A stretch of DNA of 59,694 nucleotides, counting the filler, from Asterionella formosa (lineage: Eukaryota), in assembly GCA_002256025.1 (NCBI GenBank). It is 4 parts of 4 records of this genome, joined end to end, with 100 filler letters (N's around TTAATTAATTAA, not from the genome) between each part and the next. Parts side by side here need not be neighbours in the genome. Positions count along the whole stretch, not along the records: positions 44,852 to 59,694 come from NKIB01005727.1; 3 more parts are not named here. One strand, 5' to 3'. The translations under genes and the position numbers were made by a program. Below, piece after piece: positions 45,192 to 56,600 of the stretch (the stretch's first letter is position 1; every line of letters begins with the position of its first letter). The notes below the pieces were generated by a model. It saw only the letters and a program-made list of their open reading frames with translations, did not search any database and was not told the DNA's origin.

Positions 45192-45852
45192 TCATCACAT
45201 TTAGCAAGACCGCGCCGGTGTTTTATCTGGTAGAAAGTACGTTGTTGTGGTACAATGAGAGAATCCAGGCCGCGCCAGGAGTTTTGCCACACAGCAGGAG
45301 AATCCACACACACAAAAATTAGCATGGTGAAAAAGTAAGCAATCAATGCAGCCAACAGCCAATCATTCCCTACTGGCTCTTCAGCAGCTAGATTAACATG
45401 TTTTTGTTGTGTATCTAAATGCTAGTATGGCTTGTCAGCTCACGCGTTGTTGTTGATAACAGGCAGGGACAATGAGGTCCGGAATGAAAGTTGTTCTGGT
45501 AAGATTACCGCGCTATTTTGACGGCTATATGAGCAATGCTACTGATAACTCACACTGATCTTCCTCTACATTCAATTGACATTGCAGGAAACCCTTTCTA
45601 TTCAGGAGCATTCGGATGAACTCAAGGATTGAGTATTGTTGCTTTCTGATTCTGTGTTAATGTCATATGATAACAGGGCTCCGTAAATCATGAGTTGTTA
45701 GTGTGCCTTGGCGTGCTGTTTGTCATGCTGCCAGCTGATGCTGTATTTCTACTGAATTATTGAACGACTATTCGAATCTTTATAAGCTAGTAGAGCTACA
45801 GTTGATGTAAATCACTATAAATGCTAATGGAAATGACTCTAGAGTCTAGAAT

Positions 45853-46230
45853 CTACTCCTGGCCTTGAATATCCTCCATCAAGCGGAATGAAGCCATTCC
45901 GGCGTTCTCTTGCTCTCTTTCTCATCATAGAATTTTCATTTTCTTCATACACTTGCTCCGTTGTGAAGGCAATGCTGCATCTTCTCTGCCCAGAAACCCA
46001 ACATTGCAAAGTTACATACCGTCCTTGATGAGGACAGCCTTGATTGTCTCCAATGGCTTGCCCAATACATCTTCCACAACAGCCAGCTTTAACCTGATCG
46101 CATCATGAGCCTTAACCGCCTTCCAACAGCATTCATGTTGCTCACATGAGCGCCCATTGCTGGAAGCATTCAGTCCAAGCAACTCCCCATCTCAGCGGCT
46201 GTTGATTGTTGCTGATCTTGTTGTTGACAT
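45853..46230 (-). pseudogene. Decayed small gene with a GRSCxxHxCC motif and a HIRAN-like KAV..DG...C.VGFL.R segment; probably transposon-borne
   Basis: Reconstruction: MSTTRSATINSR*DGELLGLNASSNGRSCEQHECCWKAVKAHDAIRLKLAVVEDVLGKPLETIKAVLIKDGM*LCNVGFLGREDAALPSQ/EQVYEENENSMMRKRA/GMASFRLMEDIQGQE*. It has two internal stops and two frameshifts. Confidence 0.6.
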
Positions 46231-46755
46231 GATAAATATATAGTATGCATTGGTAGTACCGATATAACCGGTAGTTTATAATAGTAGCTTCATTCAATTT
46301 TGGCCAGCACAAAAATCAGAATTATAGCACGCACGTTACTTTGTCTATGATGGGCCATTCTTATCATTCTGTCATTGGTCGTCATTGGAGTATCATCTCC
46401 GAAATATGATACAAATATGGCGGTTTGGTTTCTTTTGTGTATCACCAACGCTTTTTTGGTCTGATCACCAGTTTATCAGGCCCATGGGTGTATCACTGAT
46501 ACAGTTTTTGGACCCCTGACCAATGCTGTATCAGTTATACAGCCATTGATCGTTGAGTATCATGTCCGTTGGCACTGATAAAATATCTGTAAATACGCAA
46601 GCACAACACTATTAAGTATTGCGCCGACTAATTTTTTGTTATATAAATACTCTGTATACACTACCTTTCAGCTTCATCAGTCAAACAAGAATCAGTAGTC
46701 TGCTCATCTCTATACCTGTCTTCCAACACCGACTATATCTCGATTCATTGGCGCA

Positions 46756-48583
46756 ATGAGCAGCAAAGTGGTGGATATAGCTGTAAATGCTGCCGATATT
46801 CCCATTTCGGAAAAGAATCAATGACGTGTAGCTGATGAGGATGTCGAAGATATTTTTGAGTCGTCTACTGCTAGGCCAACCAACATTGATGAGATGGGTC
46901 TTGTTGAAAAGAGTGAACCTCCAACTGCTGGTACTCTTGACATTGACGAGATGGTTCCACCTAAAAATAAATACCTCGAACTGCTGGTACTACACTTGAC
47001 GTTGACAAGATGGGCCCAACTAAAAATAAAATACCTCCAACTGCTGGTACACTTGACATTGATGAGATGGGTCCATCTGAAAATAAAATACCTCCAACTT
47101 CTGGTACACTTGACATTGACGAGATGGTTCCACCAGAAAATAAAATACCTCCAACTGCTGGTACACTTGACATTGACAAGATGGGTCCCCGTGAAAAGAG
47201 AAACCCTTTCCTGGTTGTCTAGCCAATATTGATGAGTTCGCCAACTCGCTCATAGTACCAGATGACTTTATTCTGGATGAAAGTGTGCTGGAATTGATTC
47301 ATATAAAAGGAATTGTCCTTCGAAAATTTTGCATGAGATTTAAAGTGTCAGAGTGCAGGAATGGCAAGAAAGACTTCACTATTTCCTTAATTATTCATTT
47401 ACTGAAAAGAGACTGGCTGGTTGGTCAACTATATAATCACTTATAATGATGTGATCGACATCCACAACAAGAACAGCAATGATGATGAATCTATTATTGA
47501 AGATGATGAAGAAAAGATTCATGGCAATGTTGATATGGACTCTGATTCACAGAAAGAGAAGCCAGATAAAGCAGACAAAGACTGTGACTATGTTCTTAAT
47601 TTGCATACTAGCAGTGATGACGATGACAAATCATGGCCTCTTCCTCCTCTTGTTGCAAAGAAGGCAACAAAAAAGAAAACGGCTACAGTAGCAAAATCAA
47701 CTCCTTCAAGCAGTGTCACTTGTGCTAACACGTATTTTGGTGTCATCAATGTGTGCATGTGTGATCAGAAACACAGAAGTGATGTCTTGATGCTTGGTCA
47801 GCCTCCAACTATGGTGGCTGAACTGGATACAAGGAAATTCAGGCACAAATACATTTTTGATAGACTCATAAGTACATTCCCTGATGATGACAATGATGAC
47901 AGGAATAATCCTTATACAAGATCCTTATTGGGAACAAATAGGGATAGACAGTTGTTACCCAAAGAAATATGATGCTCTGTCCTCAGCCGAATTTACTATG
48001 GCAATGGGTACATAAACTACCATTACCAAATTGCATACAGAAACAATAAAAAGTCAGGAAGTCATGATGAGTTTGTTAACTTTGTTGGAAGCCGACCTTA
48101 TAAATTTGTTACTATCATTTATGGTTGTACCAAGTTCCTCACCTTCTCAATTTCGCTGTTCCATTGCTTCCAAAATCATCATTCCGTGAAAGTACTGATA
48201 GTGCCAAATCTTTATCCTTATCATCAAAAACTGTTGGCTCGAAGAAAGGAAAATTTTCATCTACATAAACCAATCATTCCCATCATTCCTCTTCAATGGT
48301 AGAAATGGCAAATGCATTAGAGTGCTTTGAACTAGTAAATGCAGTGAAACTTCAAGTGCTTCAGTCTTCAGCAGCACCAAGACGCAAAAAAGAGATCCTA
48401 GATGTTTTGGATCTCTATAAAAGTCTTCTCAAGAATTCTCGGAAGGATTTGGAAGAGTTGGAAAATCATGGGTATGACTCCAATAATTCTGATGTAGTTC
48501 AGGCTCGACTAGAAATTAAGATATGCAAGAGAAAGCGGGATCACTGTTTTCATCTGCTTTCAGAAGGTGAAACATCAGATTAA
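46756..48583 (+). pseudogene. Decayed accessory (ORF2-type) gene of a PIF/Harbinger element, including a 57-bp/19-aa tandem repeat at about 46882-47188
   Basis: Fragments (DIDEMGPxENKIPPTAGTL)x~5, LRKFCMRFKVSECRNGKKD, an acidic tract, YFGVINVCMC...LGQPPT..ELD, KKSGSHDEFVNFVGSRPY and a coiled-coil C-terminus (ORF 48296-48583). It converges with the transposase. Confidence 0.6.
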
Positions 48584-48615
48584 ATCCAACTAATGAATAA
48601 ATTATATATATTTGT

Positions 48616-49830
48616 CTACATTAAATTTATTTCGTGTAATTCTTTCCTTCTCCTCTCTATATTCACAGGAGGTCGTTGCACGCCCAAAGTTTGCAATCTG
48701 GTAAGAATCGCATCTCGCATCACAGAGCTTCCAGGCAATATACACAATGGTTCCACAGTTGGTAAGTAGGCCCAACAAAGGGGTGACAAACTGACTGGAA
48801 TTATCTCTGTTAGTAATTGATTATCATCCATAATCTCGTTATCAATTATCTTCTCATTAATCACATAATTATGAAGTCAAGCACATGAATCAAGAATGCG
48901 TGCAGATATTTCCAAGCTTGTTGATAGGTTTTTTAAATGTATCCTGTGTTGGATCATCACGTTGTGAGCCAACAAAGGAGCAAGCATAACATCAGACAAT
49001 GTGTATGCTGCATCGCCAACCAGATAAAAACCTGTATTGAATGCTGCACCCCCATCGAAAATGGAAGTTCATTCAAAAGCTACTTGGTCACTGCATTTTC
49101 CCAGTGCAATCACACCAAAATAAATGAATATTGAGTCAGCATCACAAACAGCCTGGAGATTGATTCCATCAGTCATGTAGTGACCGGAAAAAATGAGCCA
49201 GGGTTGTTGCCACTTTCAACTAAACTCGGGCGGTTGATGGTGGCTAGGAAGCCGTCAATAGCACCAACACATTCACCTATCATGCCCTCGGAGCTTTTCT
49301 CATTCAAACCTGGAAGCCAATTTGATAAATTCTTCCTTTTCTTTTGGAAAATTAATTTCGAGTTCTTCACAGTTTATTACAGCATCAATGATCAAATCAC
49401 AACATCGATAAAGTGAAGCAATGCTACAACCGTAGACATGACGAATGTTGATGTAACTACCACCAGCCAACCATCGCAAACCAATGGCTACCACAATTTC
49501 GGGAATTATGGGCTCAGAAGTGCCACATTTGGAATAATTCCCTGCAATCTAAATTTCCAGCATGGAGGTGAGTTTTTTATATGCTCTGTGTGACATTCTG
49601 TATGTCATCTCGAAAGTAATCTTGTGATTGAGTTTCTCGACATGTGATTGCCAGGAGATTCTTTCATGGTGCCACTTGTGCCTTCCTTGTAGTCGTCTGG
49701 ATGAGTGATGCTGCCGTTTACAGCGTCGCCTTTGTCATTTGGACAATGAGTACTCTTTTTCCTCTGCTTCCTTAGCCAAATGACAGAGGAAGAAGAAATC
49801 AAGATAACTGCTGTCATCATCGTCATCATC
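48616..49830 (-). pseudogene. PIF/Harbinger (DDE_Tnp_4) transposase pseudogene
   Basis: FEMTYRMS, IIPEIVVAIGLRWLAGGSYINIRHVYG, GECVGAIDG, GHYMTDGINLQAVCDAD, YLVGDAAYTLSD and LHNYV. Frameshifts, stops and an apparent deletion of the RIEMxFG (catalytic Glu) helix. Same family as 1603-2200. Confidence 0.9.
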
Positions 49831-51654
49831 AAGTAACTCAAAAGGCAATGGCTTGATTCATGCAATGGTGTGTTTTTAATATAATAACGAAGACCATCAT
49901 TACATTCTGGAGGGATATACACATGATCCTCGCCAGCCTATACTTCTGTTGAAACCGTGCAAACTATGTATGTGGAATCCACTTACTATATACCATCTAA
50001 GCCGCGTATTATGTGAAGTGACCATCACGTAAATATGCCTAGTTGATTTTGAATGGATCACATGAATAAGTTGAATACATCAAAATTCTAACTTGAATAT
50101 ATCTATATTATATCTGAATACATCACGTTAATTATTCGATCAGAGTATCATGCATGCATCCCTGATCATCACTATATTACATGACCACCTTCACATAATT
50201 ATTTGAAATACTTCACATAATTATTTGAAATACTTCAATTAATTCTGTAATTTAGTTCACATTGCCTTATAATTTTGTTCACATAATCTTATAATATAGT
50301 TCACGTAATGTATTTAATTTGTTTACGTAATTTAAAACTCAATCAAATATGTTGATGTCAAATTCAACTGCCGGTATTTCACATTACATGGGAAACAAAT
50401 CTCGATGTGCAATCAAACAAAGCAGTTCTTTCAGAATGGCATCTTCAGTCTTGAGAAGGCAGGCATCATGAGACGTCTGTAAGGACAATGCAAGACGAAC
50501 AAAAACCGTTCATTCTGAATGAAAAAATTATTTATTCTTGAAAAGGCATCATGGTGCGAAATCGCAACAGGAATGTATCACACTGGCTTCCTCCTTGTCC
50601 TTGAAATAGCTTCTTCATTGACCTACAAAAATTTACAAAAGAACAGTGTGTCAGTAATTCATTTAATAGAACTAGCAACAGCAGAAAGCAACACACACAT
50701 GTGCTATTCAACTGTTTCACGGAGCAGTCAAATTGACAGCAGAACACCGGCATTAGCCAGCCACCAGGCAGCACCGCAACTCACTGATGCATTCAAAATA
50801 ATGCTCCTGCTGTGAAATGGATGGCTAAAATATAAAATAAATTTAGAGAACAATAATAGAACCACGTGATTTATCGCTCGCTTTGCTGATGTGATGACAA
50901 AAACTGAGGAATAAGCTTACCTTAGTAAAATCTTCCATCGCGGGTCTCCATATTGCATCATTTCACCTTCTATCACTCCTGCTTTCAAAATAACACCTTT
51001 TTTCTGAAAAGGCCTGTTCAAATGTCAAATGAATGTTGAGAACAGCAGCATATCATTATGAATTATCACTCGCTTGGTGATACTATGATAGCAAAAATAG
51101 CAAGCAAATAAATCTTACCTTAAAAAGCATCCATTGCGGACCATCTCAATGTTGCATCATTCCACCTTTTGTTTTTGGTGCAACAAACCATATGTGAGCT
51201 GATAAAAGATTTGTTTGTAGTAAGGCAGCTGAAAATCTGGAAGGGGAATGCTAGTTGTAAGGGTCATCCCCATGTTGAAAATAAATTGTTCACAGTGGTG
51301 TTGAATGTTGGTGCTTTTATGAATTCAGATGGTCAAAAATCCTGGCGCAGCCATGACTTCCTCTTTGTACCAACAGAACCTACAATCTACACGAACAAAT
51401 CTGGCGCAGACAAATTCTGAGGATACAAGTGAGACTTGAACAAATATGACAAGAGGGAGAGGACACAGCCAATAGTTACTACTCCTAATTGCACATGCAC
51501 TGAATGATCTACCATTAGCCTCATCCTGCTACTATAGTTGAAAAATACGCCTTAATTTTATATTGAAAACAATCAACTGATGTGTTAACCAATTCACTCA
51601 CATGATGAAATTTTAATCTGTTGTGTCTTCCTCAATTCTGTGTGATTCGTACAT

Positions 51655-52200
51655 TCAGAGCATTGTAGCAACTGTGTGGCAACCCATTGGTCCCAAGCTT
51701 TTTTTTTGAGTGTCATTGACTCCATATGACGTTTTCTTCCTTCTCAGTTCATCTTCTAGAATGGCTTCTTTTACTGAAATCACTCCATCTGGCCCTAATC
51801 GGTTTCCAGTCAAATACAGTTTGGTCACAGCGCACCCTCTCCTGATCCCATCAGCCAACACCATGGCTCCTTTTTCCCGCATGTGATTCCTTGCCAATTA
51901 GAGCGTATGCAAGGCAGATCCAAACAAAGCACGCGCCTATGATCTAATCCCATCATCGCCGACTTGGTTGAATCCAAGATCCAATGATCCCAAAGCGCGG
52001 TGTGCTGAAATCCCGACAGCCAACGTATTAAAACATACCTTTGTTGCCCATGTTGTTGTAACATGGTTTGGGAATGGAAAGATTTGAATTCTGCAGCAGG
52101 ACCACTCTGACTAAGCGTGCGTCCGATGACTGCAATCCTCGCTGTGATAATCAATCTACCAATTGTGAGTACGGATGGAGGGAATATTTGAGGGAAAAAA
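51655..52200 (-). pseudogene. Decayed RNI-like LRR (NLRC3-like) gene fragment
   Basis: GLQSSDARLVRVVLLQNSNL, YNNMGNKG and LGSLDLGFNQVGDDGIRS*ARAL...LHTL*LARNHMREKGAMVLADG...LYLTGNRLGPDGV, with in-frame stops and frameshifts. Confidence 0.8.
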
Positions 52201-52529
52201 GCGCCAAGGGGTTAGAACAACTGATTCCGGTTTTTTTAATCCATGCTCCATAATATATTTTTAATCAGAGACAATCTGCTTTTGATGGAAGCTCGAGGGA
52301 GATTGGTCCATTGCATTTTAAAAAGGCAGGGCAGAGAAGTATGCAGACCTGTGTGTGAATGAATTACAGTCGATAAAGTGGTTCCTGTGCTGCTGTTCCG
52401 ATGGTAGTTGTTTCTGTTGTTGTTGATTTGCCTTAATTGTGGGGAGAGGGGGACAAGAGGATGTTGATGTTAATGACCGACAATTCTGATTTTCATCGCT
52501 GATGACATCTCGACCTCCATGTCCACCAG

Positions 52530-52700
52530 TTCCTTTTTCTTCAAAAGGGATCAAACCCCCTTCAAAAAACAGTCAGGAAGTTGCATCCAAACACCTGTTC
52601 CCAATGGCTCACAGAAAAATCTGATTAAAAGCTTGTATAGAAGATTTCGGGCTCTTGATGCCATAATGTCTTCATCCTTCAACCTGGGGAAAAACTGTAG
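52530..52700 (-). pseudogene. Remnant resembling the KolX / P2X7-ballast (Nanor-like) C-terminal motif
   Basis: SRARNLLYKLLIRFFCEPLGTGV(W)MQLPDCFLKGV(*)SL. Restoring TGG and TGA to CGG and CGA gives R..Y....LG.GVR..LP.C....VR. Confidence 0.45.
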
Positions 52701-52929
52701 TTAAATTAGTCATTGCCGCTGTCATCATTGTGATATGTAATTTCGCTCAAGGTGGATAGTTGTGTTTGGTTGTTTTTTACCGTTAGTCATCAACAACATT
52801 TGCCATGCTGCCAGCTCATAGCTATGGCACATATATGTTGATCGTATTTCCGGTATATGTTACGATAAATACATCGAGCGAAGTAGAATGTTATTATATA
52901 TATATATATATATATATATATTTAGCAAA

Positions 52930-53103
52930 TTCGAAAAGGAATCTATGCACATATATGCAAATTTCCACTGATTTGAATACTTCAAATGGAATCATGTCAC
53001 TCAAAAATAGCTCATAAAAAATTCTTAGTTCCAGGGAATTCCGGCAACAACCCTAAGCAATATTTAAATATTTGCATTAAGGGCTGAAATGCAGGAACCT
53101 TAA
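52930..53103 (-). mobile_element. Terminus of the same TTAA-flanked transposon family as 43780-44470
   Basis: Reverse complement of 43780-43935 (TTCTTAGTTCCAGGGAATT.CGGCAAC..CCTAAGCAA...AAATGCAGGAACC) followed by TTAA at 53100-53103. Confidence 0.75.
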
Positions 53104-53352
53104 GGTTGTTGCCCCCCAGTTACACATAGCGAGGTATTTTTTTCCCAAAACATATTTATGATGTACCTCAATGAGAACATTACGTACATTTTACCAGAAT
53201 AGTTAAAGGTAATATTAGCTTTCACCAATCTGACCACTTTGCATATGCTTAGAAACAGTCATTGGTCCGAACATGGTCAGGATTTGGGTCGAAGTTTTAA
53301 AATTAACATATAAGCATTTGGTGGGGTCAAACCGTGTTTTTCTCCTGTTCAG

Positions 53353-53444
53353 GGGGTCACAGCAGTTCCAATTTTTTTAGTGGGTCACAGCAGTTTTTTA
53401 CTGGTTCCAATTTTTTTAGTGGGTCACAGCAGTTTTTTACTGGT
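53353..53444. repeat. Short tandem duplication, about 40-bp unit
   Basis: GTTCCAATTTTTTTAGTGGGTCACAGCAGTTTTTTACTGG twice, plus a partial copy. Confidence 0.85.
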
Positions 53445-53661
53445 ACTCTGCTCTGGTCCTCCTTTACTAATTTTTATAAATACCAGTATAAAACTTTGTG
53501 AGTGGAGTGATATTGAAACTACATACAGCACCGTTGATTCAATATAAACTTATAACCACGAACCATGAAAATATTATCTATGCACGTTGGCATACTCCCT
53601 AACCCTACGCATAATCATAACCCTAGAATTTTCGTAGTATAATAAAATTATGTGCACTTCA

Positions 53662-56600
53662 CTATTTGTAGTTGCCCACACTTACCCCTGGCGCAGTCCC
53701 ATCATCATCACTGCCACTTTGATAACCCCATGGTTTGGAACCCCTTTCCACAATACTTGAACGGCGTGCCCTGTCCCCATTGTTGGATGGCACCAGTGTG
53801 AGTGGGCTATTCTCTGACTTGGATGGCAAGGATGAGGATTCACTGGAGCTGCTTCTTGATTCGGAATTAGACTCAGAAGCAGAAGAACTTTTGCTAGCTT
53901 CCTCCTCACTTTCGCTACCAGAAACATTCTCACTTTCACTCTTGCCTTCAGAGTCACTCTCATCATCAGTTCCTTCCTCACCTTTGGTGTCATTATCACT
54001 GTCACCTAGGGATCTCAAATCACCTTCACTTCCATCACTCGTAGACTGTAGCTGACTCCGTCCTCGACCAACAATATGTTGCTGCTGTGATTCAGGTGAT
54101 GAGGCTTCAGAAAATCCATTGATTTCATGAGTTGGAACAGGGGGTGGATGGATGGGGATACGACCAGTTGCTGGTCTTGGAATACTAGCTGCTGCGATGG
54201 CAGCAGAACCAGCGGCAGACCCACGGGATGTCTCAGAATCCCCCGTTTGACGTGAGTCAATAGAGTATGCACCATCTCGACGATAGCCAGGGCCTTGGTC
54301 TCGTCTTGGGGGAGGTCGACCCTTTGACTTGTGAACAGCTGCTCGAGCACGAGCTGTCACGCTGCGCTCTTGCATAGTACGCAAAGTTTGTAACAACTCT
54401 TCCTCTCGGCCCTTGAATTGAGCCATCATGGTGTCAATGTTTTCGATTTCATCTGGTACCACAAGTCTAACAAGGGCTTCCACCTCAGCACGGATTTCTT
54501 CCTTTCGTTGGACTTCACTGGGCAATTCACTGATATCAGTTGATTCACCTAGATTAGTGGAGGCATCACCAGTTTCTGTTGATCTCGAACCAGACGATGA
54601 ATCGCCGGACTCAAAGGAAGAGGCATCAGACTTGGAATGGGATGATGTGCCGCTACTGTCACTATCACTTTCCTCATTACTTTCACTAGAGTTACCCGAC
54701 TCATCATTGCTTTCCAAGCCTGTTCCACCATCATCAAGGTTTTTTTCCATTTGAGTGGCACTGTTAAGAATACCATCCCAATCTCCATTCTTTACAAGAT
54801 CATCCATATCTTTGCTCTTTGCCTCTGATGCATCATCAACTTCTCCAAGCAAACCAGCCCTAGAATCAACCTTTGTCAACGAATTATCATCTTCCATCTT
54901 CTCAAGTCTCTCGGAAGCCTGCCTGGCCAGCTCCATTGCTTCTGAAGCTTCAGATGCGAGCGAAACCTCAATCGATCCACTATCTTCTGCAGAGTCCAGG
55001 TTTTCTTCGAAAGTTCCTTCTTCATAGGTATTGTCGTCAGAATCAGTATATGAAGTTGAGCCATCATCCTCAGTTTCAGTCTCAGATTTGTTGCCTTTGA
55101 TCAATGCAACACTACCAGCACCTAATGCAAGTCCTCCGGTGGCTGCGCCAGCAGCGATGGCGCCCTTGCTTGGGCCATCATTACCGCCCTTGGGAAAATC
55201 CGTATACACATCGGACTTCCGTTGAGAGACTGCAGCTGAACAATTAACTGCCACAACTGGAGTTTCTGCATCAGATTGCGAAGCCGATATGCCACCACTT
55301 TCTTCTTCCTCAATATCAGAATTGGAATCTTCATCTGAATCACTTCTAGATTCTTCATTTGAACCACTTCCAGACTCGCTTGCCGTTTCCTCCTCACTTC
55401 CTTCTTCCGTTTCCATTTCTTCTGATTCGCTTTCCTCCTCAGATCCAGTTTCTCCATGACTTTCGTCGTTACTCTCAGAGTCCGATTCACTTTCTACGTC
55501 GCCTTCAAGCGTGTTTGCGGCTACCACTGCGGCACCAGCCACGGCAACACCCATAGCTGCCCCACCAGCAATAGCTCCAGTCTTTGGTCCATTGCCCTCA
55601 TTCTGCGATGTGAAATTGCAAACATCCTTGTTTGCCTCTTCGCTAGATTCAAGGAATGTTGCATCTTGATTTACTTCCGAATTCTCGTTACTATCTTCAA
55701 AATACTCATCGCTCGTGGAACTGTCTCCGTCACTTTTCCCCTCGTCGTCCTCCCAGCCACTGTCTGATTCTTCATCTGAATCCAACTCGGATGAAGATTC
55801 CGCGTACATCGGAGCACGTTTTTGCTCGGTTATAAAAGCTGGATCATCAAATTTGTAGTCTTCAAAGTCTGTCACCGAGGAACGATCATGAGATAATGTA
55901 CCCTTTAGATTTTGGTCTGTGCTATTCGAGCTTTCAAAGTCGCTGTCGGAGTCATCGTATTCTTCAAATCCCGTTGCGCCCACGCCAGTAGTGGATGCCA
56001 CGGGAGCGGCTTTGGTGCGAGGGTTAAAATCATCATAATCTTCGCTTGCCTCTGAATCGTCATCACTAAAGCCCTTGATAGGCTCCTTGCGAGTAGTTCC
56101 CGGTGGAGCATTGTCTTCAGAATCATCGTATAACTGGCCATATGCTGTGACAGGATGCTCCTGATCATTATCGTATGAGTTTTGCTTCCCGTTGTTGAAG
56201 TCAGCTTCCTCGACATCAACGCTATGACGAAGATCATTTCTTTTTACCGATTTATACTGATCTAAAGATGCTGCATTCTTTCGTCGTTTTGAGTAACGCC
56301 AGCAACCAGCAACACCGCAAACAGCACAAACACCTCCAACCACGATACCAATAATTGTTGCGGCATTAAAGAAGCTACTACCGTTGGATGCAGGTGCGAC
56401 CGTTGGGTTTATTTCCGTCGTGACAGAAGAAGGAGATGCCGAGGGAAATGTCCCGGGAGCAAAGGGAGGCGCAGATGGTTGATCGACTACAATAGTACTT
56501 CCCCGCACCGTAAACGGAGAAGATAGTGCAGTCAATGCAACTTGAAGCTCGCCATCGTTGATGGCATTATTGATTGCTTGAGTAGAATTTGCGACAATGG

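Noticed and set aside
46882..47188. CRISPR-like or regulatory array
   Set aside because: The 57-bp unit is a multiple of three and encodes a 19-aa repeat within the decayed transposon accessory gene. There are no spacers.
50915..51420. Duplicated CTTACCTT... segments suggesting minus-strand exons
   Set aside because: No consistent open frame or recognisable protein could be assembled.
53595..53626. Telomere (CCCTAACCCTA)
   Set aside because: Only one or two degenerate units at an internal position, not an array.
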